NCBI GenBank assembly: GCA_030390025.1
Contig: CM059432.1
Coordinates: forward strand, 131,876,001 to 131,940,000
Length of the DNA: 64,000 nt
Direction of reading: 5' to 3'
From: Squalus acanthias
Lineage: Eukaryota
Shown: piece by piece, positions 37,289 through 48,626 of the stretch
How positions within the stretch are numbered: the stretch's first letter is position 1
How the letters are laid out: each line of letters starts with the position of its first letter
The notes under the pieces: model-generated
The model's input: the letters and a program-made list of their open reading frames with translations, nothing else
Told to the model about the DNA's origin: nothing
Database searches by the model: none
Position numbers and translations under genes: made by a program

Positions 37289-39699
37289 CATAAGAACATA
37301 AGAAATAGGAGAAGGAGTAGGCCAATCGGCCCCTCGAGCCTGCTCTGCCATTCAATAAGATCATGGCTGATCTGATCCTAACCTCAAATCTAAAGAACAC
37401 AAGAAGTAGGAGCAGGACCCGGCCACTCAGCCCCTGGGCCCGCTCCGCCACCCACAGGGCCTTGACCGATCCGAACTCAGCCTCCTGTCCAATTTCCTGC
37501 CCGCTCCCCGTAACCCCTAATTCCCTTTACTTCTAGGAAACTGTCTATTTCTGTTTTAAATTTATTTAATGATGTAGCTTCCACAGCTTCCTGGGGCAGC
37601 AAATTCCACAGACCTACTACCCTCTGAGTGAAGAAGTTTCTCCTCATCTCAGTTTTGAAAGAGCAGCCCCTTATTCTAAGATTATGCCCCCTAGTTCTAG
37701 TTTCACCCATCCTTGGGAACATCCTTACCGCATCCACCCGATCAAGCCCCTTCACAATCTTATATGTTTCAATAAGATCGCCTCTCATTCTTCTAAACTC
37801 CAATGAGTAGAGTCCCAATCTACTCAACCTCTCCTCATATGTCCACCCCCTCATCCCCGGGATTAACCGAGTGAACCTTCTTTGTACTGCCTCGAGAGCA
37901 AGTATGTCTTTTCTTAAGTATGGACACCAAAACTGTATGCAGTATTCCAGGTACGGTCTCACCAATACCTTATATAACTGCAGCAATACCTCCCTGTTTT
38001 TATAATCTATCCCCCTAGCAATAAAAGCCAACATTCCGTTGGCCTTCTTGATCACCTGCTGCACCTGCATACTAACTTTTTGATTTTCTTGCACTAGGAC
38101 CCCCAGATCCCTTTGTACTGCAGTACTTTCCAGTTTCTCGCCATTAAGATAATAACTTGCTCTCTGATTTTTCCTGCCAAAGTGCATAACCTCACATTTT
38201 CCAATATTGTATTGCATCTGCCAAATTTCCGCCCACTCACCCAGCCTGTCTATATCCCCTTGTAGGTTTTTTATGTCCTCCTCACTTTCTACTTTCCCTC
38301 CCATCTTTGTATCATCTGCAAACTTTGATATGTTACACTCGGTCCCCTCCTCCAAATCGTTAATATAGATTGTAAAGAGTTGGGGACCCAGCACCGACCC
38401 CTGCGGAACACCACTGGCTACTGGTTGCCAGTCCGAGAATGAACCATTTATCCCAACTCTCTGCTTCCTGTTAGATAACCAATCCTCCACCCATGCCAGA
38501 ATATTACCCCCCAATCCAGTGATTTTTTATCTTGAGCAATAATCTTTTATGTGGCACCTTGTCGAATGCCTTCTGGAAGTCTAAATACACTACGTCCACT
38601 GGTTCCCCTTTATCCACCCTGTACGTTATGTCCTCAAAGAACTCAAGCAAATTTGTCAGACATGACTTCCCCTTCATAAAGCTATGCTGACTTTGTCCTA
38701 TTAAATTATGTTTATCTAAATGTTCCGTTACTGTCTCCTTAATAATAGACTCCAAAATTTTACCCACCACAGATGTTAGGCTAACTGGTCTATAATTTCC
38801 AGCCTTCTGCCTACTACCCTTTTTAAATAAGGGTGTTACATTAGCAGTTTTCCAATCTGCCGGGACCTTTGCTGAGTCCAGGGAATTTCGGAAAATTATT
38901 ACCAAAGCATCCACAATCCCTACTGCCACTTCCCTCAAGACCCTAGGATGTAAGCCATCAGGTCCAGGGGATTTATCCGCCTTGAGTCCCATTATTTTAC
39001 TGAGTACCAATTCCTTAGTGATTTTAATCGTATTTAGCTCCTCCCCCCCTAGAGCCCCCTGTTTGTCCAGTGTTGGGATATTCTTAGTGTCCTCTACCGT
39101 AAAGACTGAAACAAAATATTTGTTCAGCATTTTTGCCATCTCCATGTTTCCCACCATTAATTTCCCGGTCTCATCCTCTAAGGGACCTATGTTTGCCTTA
39201 ACCACCCTTTTTCTTTTTATATAACTATAGAAACTCTTGCTATCTGTTTTTATATTTTTTGCTAATTTATTTTCATAATCTATCTTCCCTTTCTTAATCA
39301 ATCCTTTAGTTAATTTTTGCTGTCTTTTGAAGACTTCCCAATCTTCTATCCTCCCACTAAGTTTGGCTACCTTATATGTCCTTGTTTTTAGTCGGATACT
39401 ATCCTTAATTTCTTTACTTAGCCACGGGTGGCTGTCATTTCTTTTACACCCTTTTTTCCTCAGTGGAATATTTTTTTTTGGAAGTTGTAAAATAACTCCT
39501 TAAATGAACACCACTGCTCATGTACCGTCTTACCCTTTAATCTATTTTCCCAGTCCACTTTAATCAATTCCGCTCTCATACCATCATAGTCTCCTTTATT
39601 CAAGCTCAGTACGCTTGTTTGAGAACCAACCTTCTCACCCTCTAATTGGATATGGAATTCAACCATGTTATGGTCACTCATTCCAAGGGGATCCTTAAC
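37289..39699 (-). mobile_element. CR1 LINE, 5'-truncated, young
   Basis: ORFs 38504-39301 and 37477-38514 form a long ORF2 stretch with one frameshift near 38510. The APE end motif SDHN is in ORF 39460-39681. Confidence 0.93.
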
Positions 39700-40101
39700 C
39701 AGGCTCTCCAGTGACTCCCTCCTTAGGCTATAACAGATGGCAGCTGCAGGTGAGGTTACAGAAGCGATCTGTCACTGGTGAGAGAGGTTCTCCCAATGAG
39801 GTGGGACTAGACATACAATTCAAAACTTGTTACCTACAGAAAGGTCTAAATGCATTAAAAATGAATTTCCCAACATTTCCTCACCTCTGAAACTCACCAG
39901 TGCACCATTGGATCCTTCACACCACTTCTGCAGCTGTCATCAATGCAGAAACATTACAGCAGACTCACAACATGCCACACTTACCTGGCGTGGTGTCCGG
40001 ACGTTGGGAAGCCCGAAGTAGAAGTGTGAAAATTGCAAAAGAGCCTGTTAACTGTCTGTTAACAATCTTTAACAGGCAGTTAAGTGGCTATAATCCTCTT
40101 C

Positions 40102-41134
40102 TGGTAACTAGTGGGGTGCCACAGGGATCGGTGCTGGGGCCTCAAGTATTTACAATCTACATTAATGACTTGGATGAAGGGACCGAGTGTAATGTAGCCA
40201 AGTTTGCGGATGATACAAAGATGGGTGGCAAAGCAAGTTGTGCAGAGGACTCAAAGAATCTGCAATGGGATATAGACAGGCTAAGTGAGTGGGCAAACAT
40301 TTGGCAGATGGAGTATAATGTGGGAAAGTGCGAGGTTATACACTTTGGCAGGAAAAATAAAAAAGCAAACTATTATTTAAATGGAGAGAGATTACAAAAA
40401 GCTACAGTTCAGAGGGAACTGGGGGTCCTTGTGCATGAAACACAAAAAGTTAGCATGCAGGTACAGCAAGTAATCAAAAAGGCAAATGGAATGTTGGCCT
40501 TTATTTCAAGGGGGTTGGAGTATAAAAGCAGGGAAGTCCTGCTACAACTGTACAGGGTATTGGTGAGACCACAACTTGAGTACTGCGTACAGTTTTAGTC
40601 TCCTTATTTAAGGAAGGATATACTTGCATTGGAGGCAGTTCAGAGACGATTCACACGGTTGATTCCTGAGATGAGGGGGTTGACTTATAAAGAAAGGTTG
40701 AGTAGGTTGGGCCTATACTCATTGGAATTTAGAAGAATGAGAGGTGATCTTATTGAAACATATAAGATACTGAGGGGGCTCGACCAGGTAGATGCAGAGA
40801 GGATGTTTCCCCTCATGGGGAAATCTAGAACTCGGGGGCATAGTTTCAGAATAAAGGGTCGCCCTTTTAGAACTGAGATAAGGAGGAATTTCTTCTCTCA
40901 GAGGGTCGTAAATCTGTGGAATTCTCTGCCCCAGAGAGCCGTGGAGGCTGGGTCATTAAATACATTTAAGGTGGAGATAGGCAGATTTTTACAAGATAAA
41001 GGAGTGAAGGGTTATGGGGAGCGGGCAGGGAAGTGGCTTTGAGCCCAAGATCAGCCATGATCTTATTGAATGGCGGAGCAGGCTCGAGGGGCCAAGTGGC
41101 CTATTCCTGCTCCTATTTCTTATGTTCTTATGTT
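40102..41134 (+). mobile_element. CR1 LINE, 5'-truncated
   Basis: VTSGVPQGS..KFADD..RPQLEY in ORF 39900-40598 plus ORF 40629-41042. Tail ttcttatgttcttatgtt. Confidence 0.92.
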
Positions 41135-42653
41135 CCCGCTGCTAGGTGTCGGGTCCATGCGCAAATCGGGGACCCGACACTTGGGAAGATTGATTGGAGG
41201 CGGGTTGATAGCGGGTTTCCTGCCCGCTGTCAATCTTTGCGATTTTGCCGGATGTCCCACCTCCAAACCCGCCCCCTGAGCACCGGCAAAATTCCGGCCT
41301 TGGTCTCTGTGCCCCTGGGATAGGGAGGGGGAAAGTTCCTCCTGCTGATTTCTTTCCATTAACTCTTGCGGGGAATCTACACATGTGGACCTTGGCTAAA
41401 GTCAGGATTGGTGTTTAGCCACAATGCCCCATGGCCATATATCCTGCCAAAACTCAATATCAAATTACAGAAAAGTGGCCAGTACCCGTAGAACTATATA
41501 CCAGAACAAGGCAGTGCCTTCAGGAAAGGAGGGGGGAGGGGATAAAGAAAACTGGAGGGTGAGGAGCGATAATATACAGGAGCGGACTTTTGTTTGTGAC
41601 AGAGCCAAAGCAAAATCAGGGTAAAAGATACTTTTGTCACCATGGCCAACTGAATAGTATCAACAAGTATCCAATAGAGTCAAACCTTCTCTGTGAGTTT
41701 TTTTTTACAAACAGAATAACTGAGTGCTTTATGTTTGGGGCTTTCATTCAATACTGAAAGTAGTCTTCCAATTGAACTTTTGGCTTTAATTTACGAGGAC
41801 TACTATAACACAACATGCTATTTGTTTGAAGGAAAATGTAAAAGGTGGGAGGGAAAAGGGACAACAGCCATAACATTTCGTACAATAAACTTTTTTATTT
41901 CATAAAAGTCAGAGGTTTTACATTGCTGTTTAATGCCAAAGTGGAAGAAGGTTTATCCTGCCCTGTTAGACAAAGCAAGCCACTAAGTAGCGGTCACCAG
42001 TCAGCTCCTCAGCACTTTACCATGAAATTCATATAATTTTAGTAACATTCAGAATATTTCGAATGTGCACAGCAAATTGAATTAACTTTTTTGTGGAAAC
42101 TTATGAGAAATTATGCAGGATTGCTGGAGCCATTTGCTATATGGGTTACAGCCCACGCTACATGAATGGGAGTAGCTTTATTCAAAAGTTTAAAGTTTAG
42201 AGTTCAGACAATGAGTCAGGAAGCCATATTTTACAAAAATGTTTGTGGAGAATATTCCAAATATCCTTCCTTGAAATTATTGTCAACATTTTTCAGTGGT
42301 ACGATTGTCTTTTTTCACAACATTTTTCAACTACAGGGCTCAAAAAATTTTTTACAACAATTGTTAAAGGTATTATTGGGAGGGCCACTTTTTTATTCCC
42401 AAGTACTGCCAACCATATATAATTAGGAGAAGAAGATTGTTCTATTTCAATTCTAGAAGTTAATTAAGCGTTTTCATCATTCTGTTGCATTCATAATCAT
42501 TACTAATGACTGGAACAAGTAACTGTGATTGAAAAAAGTAATTGGAAATCAATTTCAAAGTTTAGACCCTATTTTCAGATGCCTTTTTGGGCATGGATTA
42601 CAACAAACACTTGGATCAATGCGTATTATAGCTTATATTACCGTAACTAGACT

Positions 42654-43256
42654 GGGGGTCAGTTTTAACTCTGGGCAGGTTTCAGTCATGCGGAGGAGGC
42701 GGGCATGTGCTGGAGAAAATTTGAGACCTGGCCTGTTATAACTCCCGGGCCTCGTTAACATACTGCTGTTCCGGTTTCTGTTTGTAATGTGCAGGAAGTG
42801 GCTGCCAGATTCCGTAAAATCATGCGTCCCTAGGCCGCCCGCTGGCATGTAGGTAGGTGTGGTAGGTGAAGGATCATGGGCGGGGAAGCCACTACTTTTC
42901 AAGAGTGCTCCTCCTGGCGACTCAAAGGAAAGTACATTGTTTTTAAAAGCTTGCCCGTTTGGGTATTTTCGTCTTCCCGGCAGGTCCCGACTCCCTTCAG
43001 CCTGGCGTAAAATCCGCGGCCACTTCCCTGCCCAGGCCTGAGTTAAAATCACAGTCGGGGCCTGATGATGTCATCGGACTATGATCTGCGTGGATTAAAG
43101 AAGGACCCCGCCGGCTATGGGCAGACGGCTTAGCCACCCAGCCAGAAACCTGAGTAAAACTCAGAGTCGGCGGGGTGCGGGTGGTAGGTACCCCAGAGCA
43201 CTTTAACTGCTCATCCACCGGGTTTCTGCCGGGCAAGTAGGGTTAAAATTGTCCCC
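42654..43256. mobile_element. Harbinger-like MITE
   Basis: Ends gggggtcagttttaac / gttaaaattgtcccc. The right part resembles 29130-29369. Confidence 0.55.
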
Positions 43257-43260
43257 TAGA

Positions 43261-45010
43261 GGGCTGGATTTTACTAACCTCGGTGGGTCCGTGGAAGGTG
43301 ACGTCGGTGGCGGGTTCCGGCCACGCTGCTGGCTCCATCACGCTGTCCAAAATGATTTTCCCCTGATTGGGCTTGTTAAGCCCGCCCAGTGCGTTTGCCG
43401 GTCAATTGAAGGAAGTGTGTCTGGTGACGTCATCAGCCGGTTTCCTTAAAGGGACCATGCGCAAATTTATTTTGACATTTGTGCTGTCAGTGTTCTACAG
43501 CATTGAGGTGCTGCAAACACTGACAAGCACTGCACAGAGGTGCATGGCTGCACCCAGACTCTTCCATGACTCCTCCATATGCTTATGGAGGGAGTCACAG
43601 CACACAGGGAGGTACTCTTCTCTTCCAATGGGCAGAAGAGGCCTCCCCAGGAGACCAAAACACAGCCTGGTTGCACATTGCACAGCAGGGCACAGGCAGG
43701 GATGTCATCAGAAGGACCAGGCTGCAGTGGCGCAAACCTTTCAATGATCTCAGTAGATCACAAAATGTTACTGCAAAGACACACTCAACCTCATCCTGTT
43801 GTGCCATTCATCACATCCCCATAACTCTGCCTTCCCTACCCTACTCCTGCACATCTTTACTCACACCAACTTACCTTGCACCTCCACCTATCCCTCTCTA
43901 TCTACATTATAATTTCCCCATCTCACTAGCCACCCCTCACACTCACCCTCATCCTAGTCCAATCATACCAACTAACAACACACAAGGGTAGGCACTTGGG
44001 TGTTTTAGCCAATGTTCATGTAAAGTTTCTGTTAATGTGCTGTCAAACACTGAAACCTTTATTTTCAGCACTTTGTGTTCTTGGACATAATTGTGTGCAC
44101 CTTTAGAAGTGGCTTAGTGAGTTGCAGTGAATGGTGAGACATAACGGTACCACCCGCAATGGTGATGAGTGTGAAAGGAATGGCTTGGGTATTGTAGGGA
44201 TGCTTTATGGTGTTGGTGTGGGGTGGTGCCAACCTGCCGCATCATGTGGCAGCCAGGGTGTAAAGCGTCAAGTGAAGTAAATCTGGCCATGGTAAGGCCA
44301 TCCCTGGCCTCCCAGGCAACAATGTGCTCGGGTGCTGATGCCTAGCATTCTGTGCAGCATCAGTTGATTGCGGAGAAGGTTGGTGTTGTTGTTGGTGCTG
44401 CTGGTGTGCCTGGTGCTGCTGGTGTTGGGGCTGATCGTGGTGGGATTCTGAGGACCAAGCTGAGATAGTTTCAAGGGCACCGATGCTGATGGAATAGATG
44501 GCAGGTGAAGTAGAGATGACAGAAGCGATCTGTTAATGGTGGGAGAGGTAATGAGGTCAAACTGGATGGAGACTTGTGTAAAGACTTGCAGCATTCTGAA
44601 TCTGTAGTGGAAATGTAGTTTAGAAAAGCTAGTGGTTAAGGGAAGATATCTGATTCAGTTGGGAGCTTTGACTTGACATTTGAAGCTGTCAACTCATCAG
44701 CTCAAACAATGGCAGGTCACCTCCCGCCTCAGCTTCACTGATGAGGTCTCGGCACAGCGGGAAACCGGTGGGTGACCTGTCAAAATCAAAAAGCTGGGAA
44801 AAAAGCATTGTTAAGTGGCTATAAACAAGCCACTAATGATTTCAATTGCCTCCCCCGCCACTGCGTGTCAGGTCTACTCTGCGCTGGCAGACCCGATATT
44901 TGGGAAAGGCGGGTTGACAGCGGGGTCCCGACCCACTGTAAAAAAAAAAAACATTTTCTCACCCAACCCGCCACCGATCGCGCCTGCTGAACCCCCCGCA
45001 AAATTTCCCC
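43261..45010. mobile_element. Non-autonomous Harbinger element with Myb/SANT exon remnant
   Basis: Ends gggctggatttt / aaaatttcccc with AGA/AGA flanks. ~43545-43765 (+) encodes AAPRL..MEGVTAHREVLF..AWLHIA..RRTRLQWRKPFNDL across frameshifts. Confidence 0.7.
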
Positions 45011-45351
45011 AGAGGACTTTATTCAAACAGAGCATTTCTGTGCAACAAGAAATAACAATCTTACAAGATAAGTTTGTGGTACCTATCAAACATGGTGCAA
45101 ATCTAAATTGGGACACGCACACCCCCTGAGAAATATCATTTAAAGTGTTGCACAGAGCCGTTGCCCTTTTGCACACAATCTTTCCTTGTGCCAAATCTGA
45201 ACAGCATTTTCGAGTAGGCGGATGTGACAGCCGAGGAAAGCAAACTAAAGATCAGGCTTCCAGCTCAAATAATTCCTTTGCTGTTAGGAGATTTCTCAGT
45301 GGGGTCAGGGCCATGGAATTAGAGGTTTGCCCTGCTCTCCTTATAACTAAT

Positions 45352-45938
45352 GGGGCAGATTTTGCTGTCAGCGGTGCAGCTATGGGGTACGCTGCCGGCA
45401 TCCGAATAGAATACACACTTACCTGATGGGGGCTCTCCTTCGCGAACTTGCTCTCTCAGGCTGCGTGCTCGAGGGCAGCGTAATGGCCCACGCATCCCAG
45501 GGGCGCAGCGTGTGCGGAAGCATAGCTGGGATCACATGGGCCTGGTGCTCCAATCAGTACACCGAAGGGAAAGTGCCTACCTCCAATACTGGTAACGTTC
45601 TTTATATTGCATTTCACCCGATGTATTCTCAGAATAATTATAAGGACTTGGAGAATAAATAGTTCCAAAATGATCCGCTCTCTCTCTCAGACCCACCTAA
45701 AAAAATTATTTGGGAATTAATTCTTCGATCCAATTTAGGAATTAGAGTTCAAGCTGTGTGAAATAGCCCAACTCTGCGCCAGCAATTGGGATTTCCAAGG
45801 CGGTGTGGATCATCTGTCGTGGCGTAACTTGACAGATCGCAAGTTTGGGAGGAAATCCTGAACTCGCGGTCCATTTCAAAGGCGGGATGATGGCGTACTC
45901 TGAGAGTACGCCGTCATAACCACCGTAAATTCTGGCCC
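45352..45938. mobile_element. Harbinger-like MITE
   Basis: Ends ggggcagatttt / aaattctggccc with AAT/AAT flanks. Confidence 0.65.
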
Positions 45939-47480
45939 AATGTTTCTTCTTTAAAATATTGCAGGCACCATGAGCTGCCAGATAATGAAGACATCATGGC
46001 TGCTTCCTGGTTAACCATCTCACCAACAACAACTTTTATTTATTTAGCACCTTTAACGTAGTAAAATGTCCCAAGGTGCTTCACAGGATTGTTATAAGAC
46101 AAAAAATTGACACCGAGCCACATAAGGAGAAATTAGGGCAGGTGACCAAAAGCTTGGTGAAAGAGGTAGGTTTTAAGGAGCATCTTAAAGGAGGACAGAG
46201 AGGTAGTGAGGCGGAAGAGGTTTAGGCAGGGAATTCCAAAGCTTAGGGCCGAGGCAACAGAAGGCACGTCCACCAATGGTTGAACGATTACAATCAGGGA
46301 TGCTCAAGAGGGCAGAATTAGAGGAGCGCAGGTATCTCGGGGGGTTGTGGGGCTGGAGGAGATTACAGAGATAGGGAGGGGCGAGGCAATGGAGGGATTT
46401 GAAAACAAGGATGAGAATTCTGAATCGAGGCTTTGTTTAACCAGGAGCCAATGTAGGTCAACGAGCACAGGGGTGATGGGTGAACGGGACTTGGTGCAAG
46501 TTAGACACGGGCAGCCGAGTTTTGGATGACCTCAGAAGTTTACGTAGGATAGAATGTGGGAGGCCAGCCAGGAGTGCGTTGGAATAGTCTAGTCTAGAGG
46601 TAACAAAGGCATTGATGAGGGTTTCAGCCGCGGATAAGCTGAGGCAAGGGCGGAGACGGGTGATGTTATGGAGGTGGAAATAGGCGGTCTTAGTTATGCC
46701 GCGGATATGTGGTTGGAAGCTCATTCAGGGCCAAATATGACACCAAGGTTGCGAACAGTGTGGTTCAGCCTCAGACAGATGCTAGGGAGAGGGATGGAGT
46801 CGGTGGCTAGGGAACGGAGTTTGTGGTGGGAACCGAAGACAATGGCTTTGGTCTTCACAATACTTAATTGGAGAAAATTTCTGCTCATCCAGTATAGATG
46901 TCGGGGACAAGCAGTCTGACAATTTAGAGACTGTGGAGGGGTCGAGAGAAGTCGTGGTGAGGTAGAGCTGGGTGTCGTCAGCGTACATGTGGAAACTGAT
47001 GCTGCATTTTTGGATGATGTCGCCAAGGGGCAGCATGTAGATGAGAAATAGGAGGGGCCAAGGATAGATCCTTGGGGGACACCAGAGGTAACGATGCGGG
47101 AGTGGGAAGAGAAGCCGTTGCAGGTCATTCTCTGGCTACGATTAGATAGATAAGAATGGAACAAGGCGAGTGCGGTCCCACCCAGCTGGACAACGGTGGA
47201 GAGGCGTTGGAGGAGGATGAAGTGGTCAACTGTGTCAAAGGCTGCAGACAGGTCGAGAAGGACGAGGGGGGATAGTTTACCATTGTCACAGTCACAAATG
47301 ATGTCATTTGTGATTTTGATGAGAGCCGTTTCGGTACAGTGGCAGGAGCGGACACCTGATTGGAGGGATTCAAACATGGAGTTCCAGGAAAGATGGGCAC
47401 AGATTTCAGAGGCGACAACACATTCAAGGACTTTGGAGAGGAAAGGGAGGTTGGAGATGGGGCGGTAGTTTGCAAGGATG

Positions 47481-47815
47481 GAAAAAGAAAAAGAAAGAAA
47501 GACTTGCATTTATATAGCGCCTTTCACAACCACCGGACGTCTCAAAGCACTTTACAGCCAACAAAGTACTTTTGAAGTGGAGTCACTGTTGTAATGTGGG
47601 AAACGCGGCAGCCAATTTGCGCACAGCAAGCTCCCACAAACAACAATGTGAAAATGACCAAATAATTTGTTTTTGTTATGTTGGTTGAGGGAAAAATATT
47701 GGCCAGGACACCAGGGATAACTCCCCTACTCTTCTTCGAAATAGTGCCATGGGATCTTTTACGTCCACTTGAGAGAGCAGATGGGGCCTCGGTTTAACGT
47801 CTCATCCAAAAGACG
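47481..47815 (-). mobile_element. DeuSINE/SacSINE1-like SINE, 5'-truncated, inserted in L2
   Basis: Matches 11820-12115 plus the start of 15311. (TTTC)n tail. Confidence 0.78.
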
Positions 47816-48414
47816 GGGTCAAGGGTTGTTTTTTTGAGGAGAGGGGTGATGACGGCAAATTTGAAGGAGAGGGTGACAGTACCTGAGAAGAGAGAACCGT
47901 TAACAATGTCAGCTAACATGGGAGCCAGAAAAGGAAGTTGGATGGTCAGCAGTTTAGTGGGAATGGGGTCGAGGGAGCAGGAAGTGGGTCTCATGGACAA
48001 GATGAGAGTGGAGAGGTCATGAAGGGAGATTGAAGAGAAACTGGAGAAAGATTAGAGTTCAGGGCTAGGGCAGGGAGGAACCTTAAAGGAAGTTTGGCCT
48101 GGTGGGCTAGGGGAAGGAAGGGAAATGGCAGAGGCAGCTGATCGGATGGGCTCAATCTTAGAGACAAAGAAGTCAATGAGCTCCTTGCACTTGTTGGAGG
48201 CGAGGGTGGAGGAGACAGGGGAGAGGGGTTAGCAGTAAGAAGACAGTTAGCAGTAGAGAATAGAAGCCGGGGGTTATCTTTGCATTTCAGAATGATCCTG
48301 GAATAGTGAGCAGTTTTGGCAGACGAGAGCAGGACTCGACAATGCTTTATGTGGTCCAGCCAGATCAGGCGGTGAATGGCTAAACCAGTTGTCCGCCATA
48401 TCCGTTCAAGTCTG

Positions 48415-48608
48415 TGTCGTAAGAATAAGCCTTACGCGTGGTGAACTTAAAGTAAGCTTTAATCAACTAAAAAGGTGCTACATACAAAAGAGGTCTTACT
48501 CTATGCCTCTCCAGGACCCAACTGATCAGTCCAGTATTTATCCTGGACTAATCACAGGAAGTGATGCAATAAAGTTCAAGTCACAGGAAGCTGTATTGTG
48601 TTACCACA
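48415..48608 (-). repeat. 3' LTR
   Basis: Direct repeat of 52655-52848; I see one mismatch. Confidence 0.95.
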
Positions 48609-48626
48609 TTCTCCCCCCCCAAAAGA

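Larger units (their letters stand above)
36986..41300. mobile_element. Harbinger-like non-autonomous element split by two CR1 insertions (pieces 36986-37288, ~39700-40101, ~41135-41300)
   Basis: The three pieces join into a close copy of 35621-36489. Ends aggccgcgatttt / aaaattccggcct. Confidence 0.72.

Noticed and set aside
39900..40598. 232-aa ORF with a novel N-terminus fused to RT
   Set aside because: Chance read-through from MITE sequence into a truncated CR1; ends at a premature stop.
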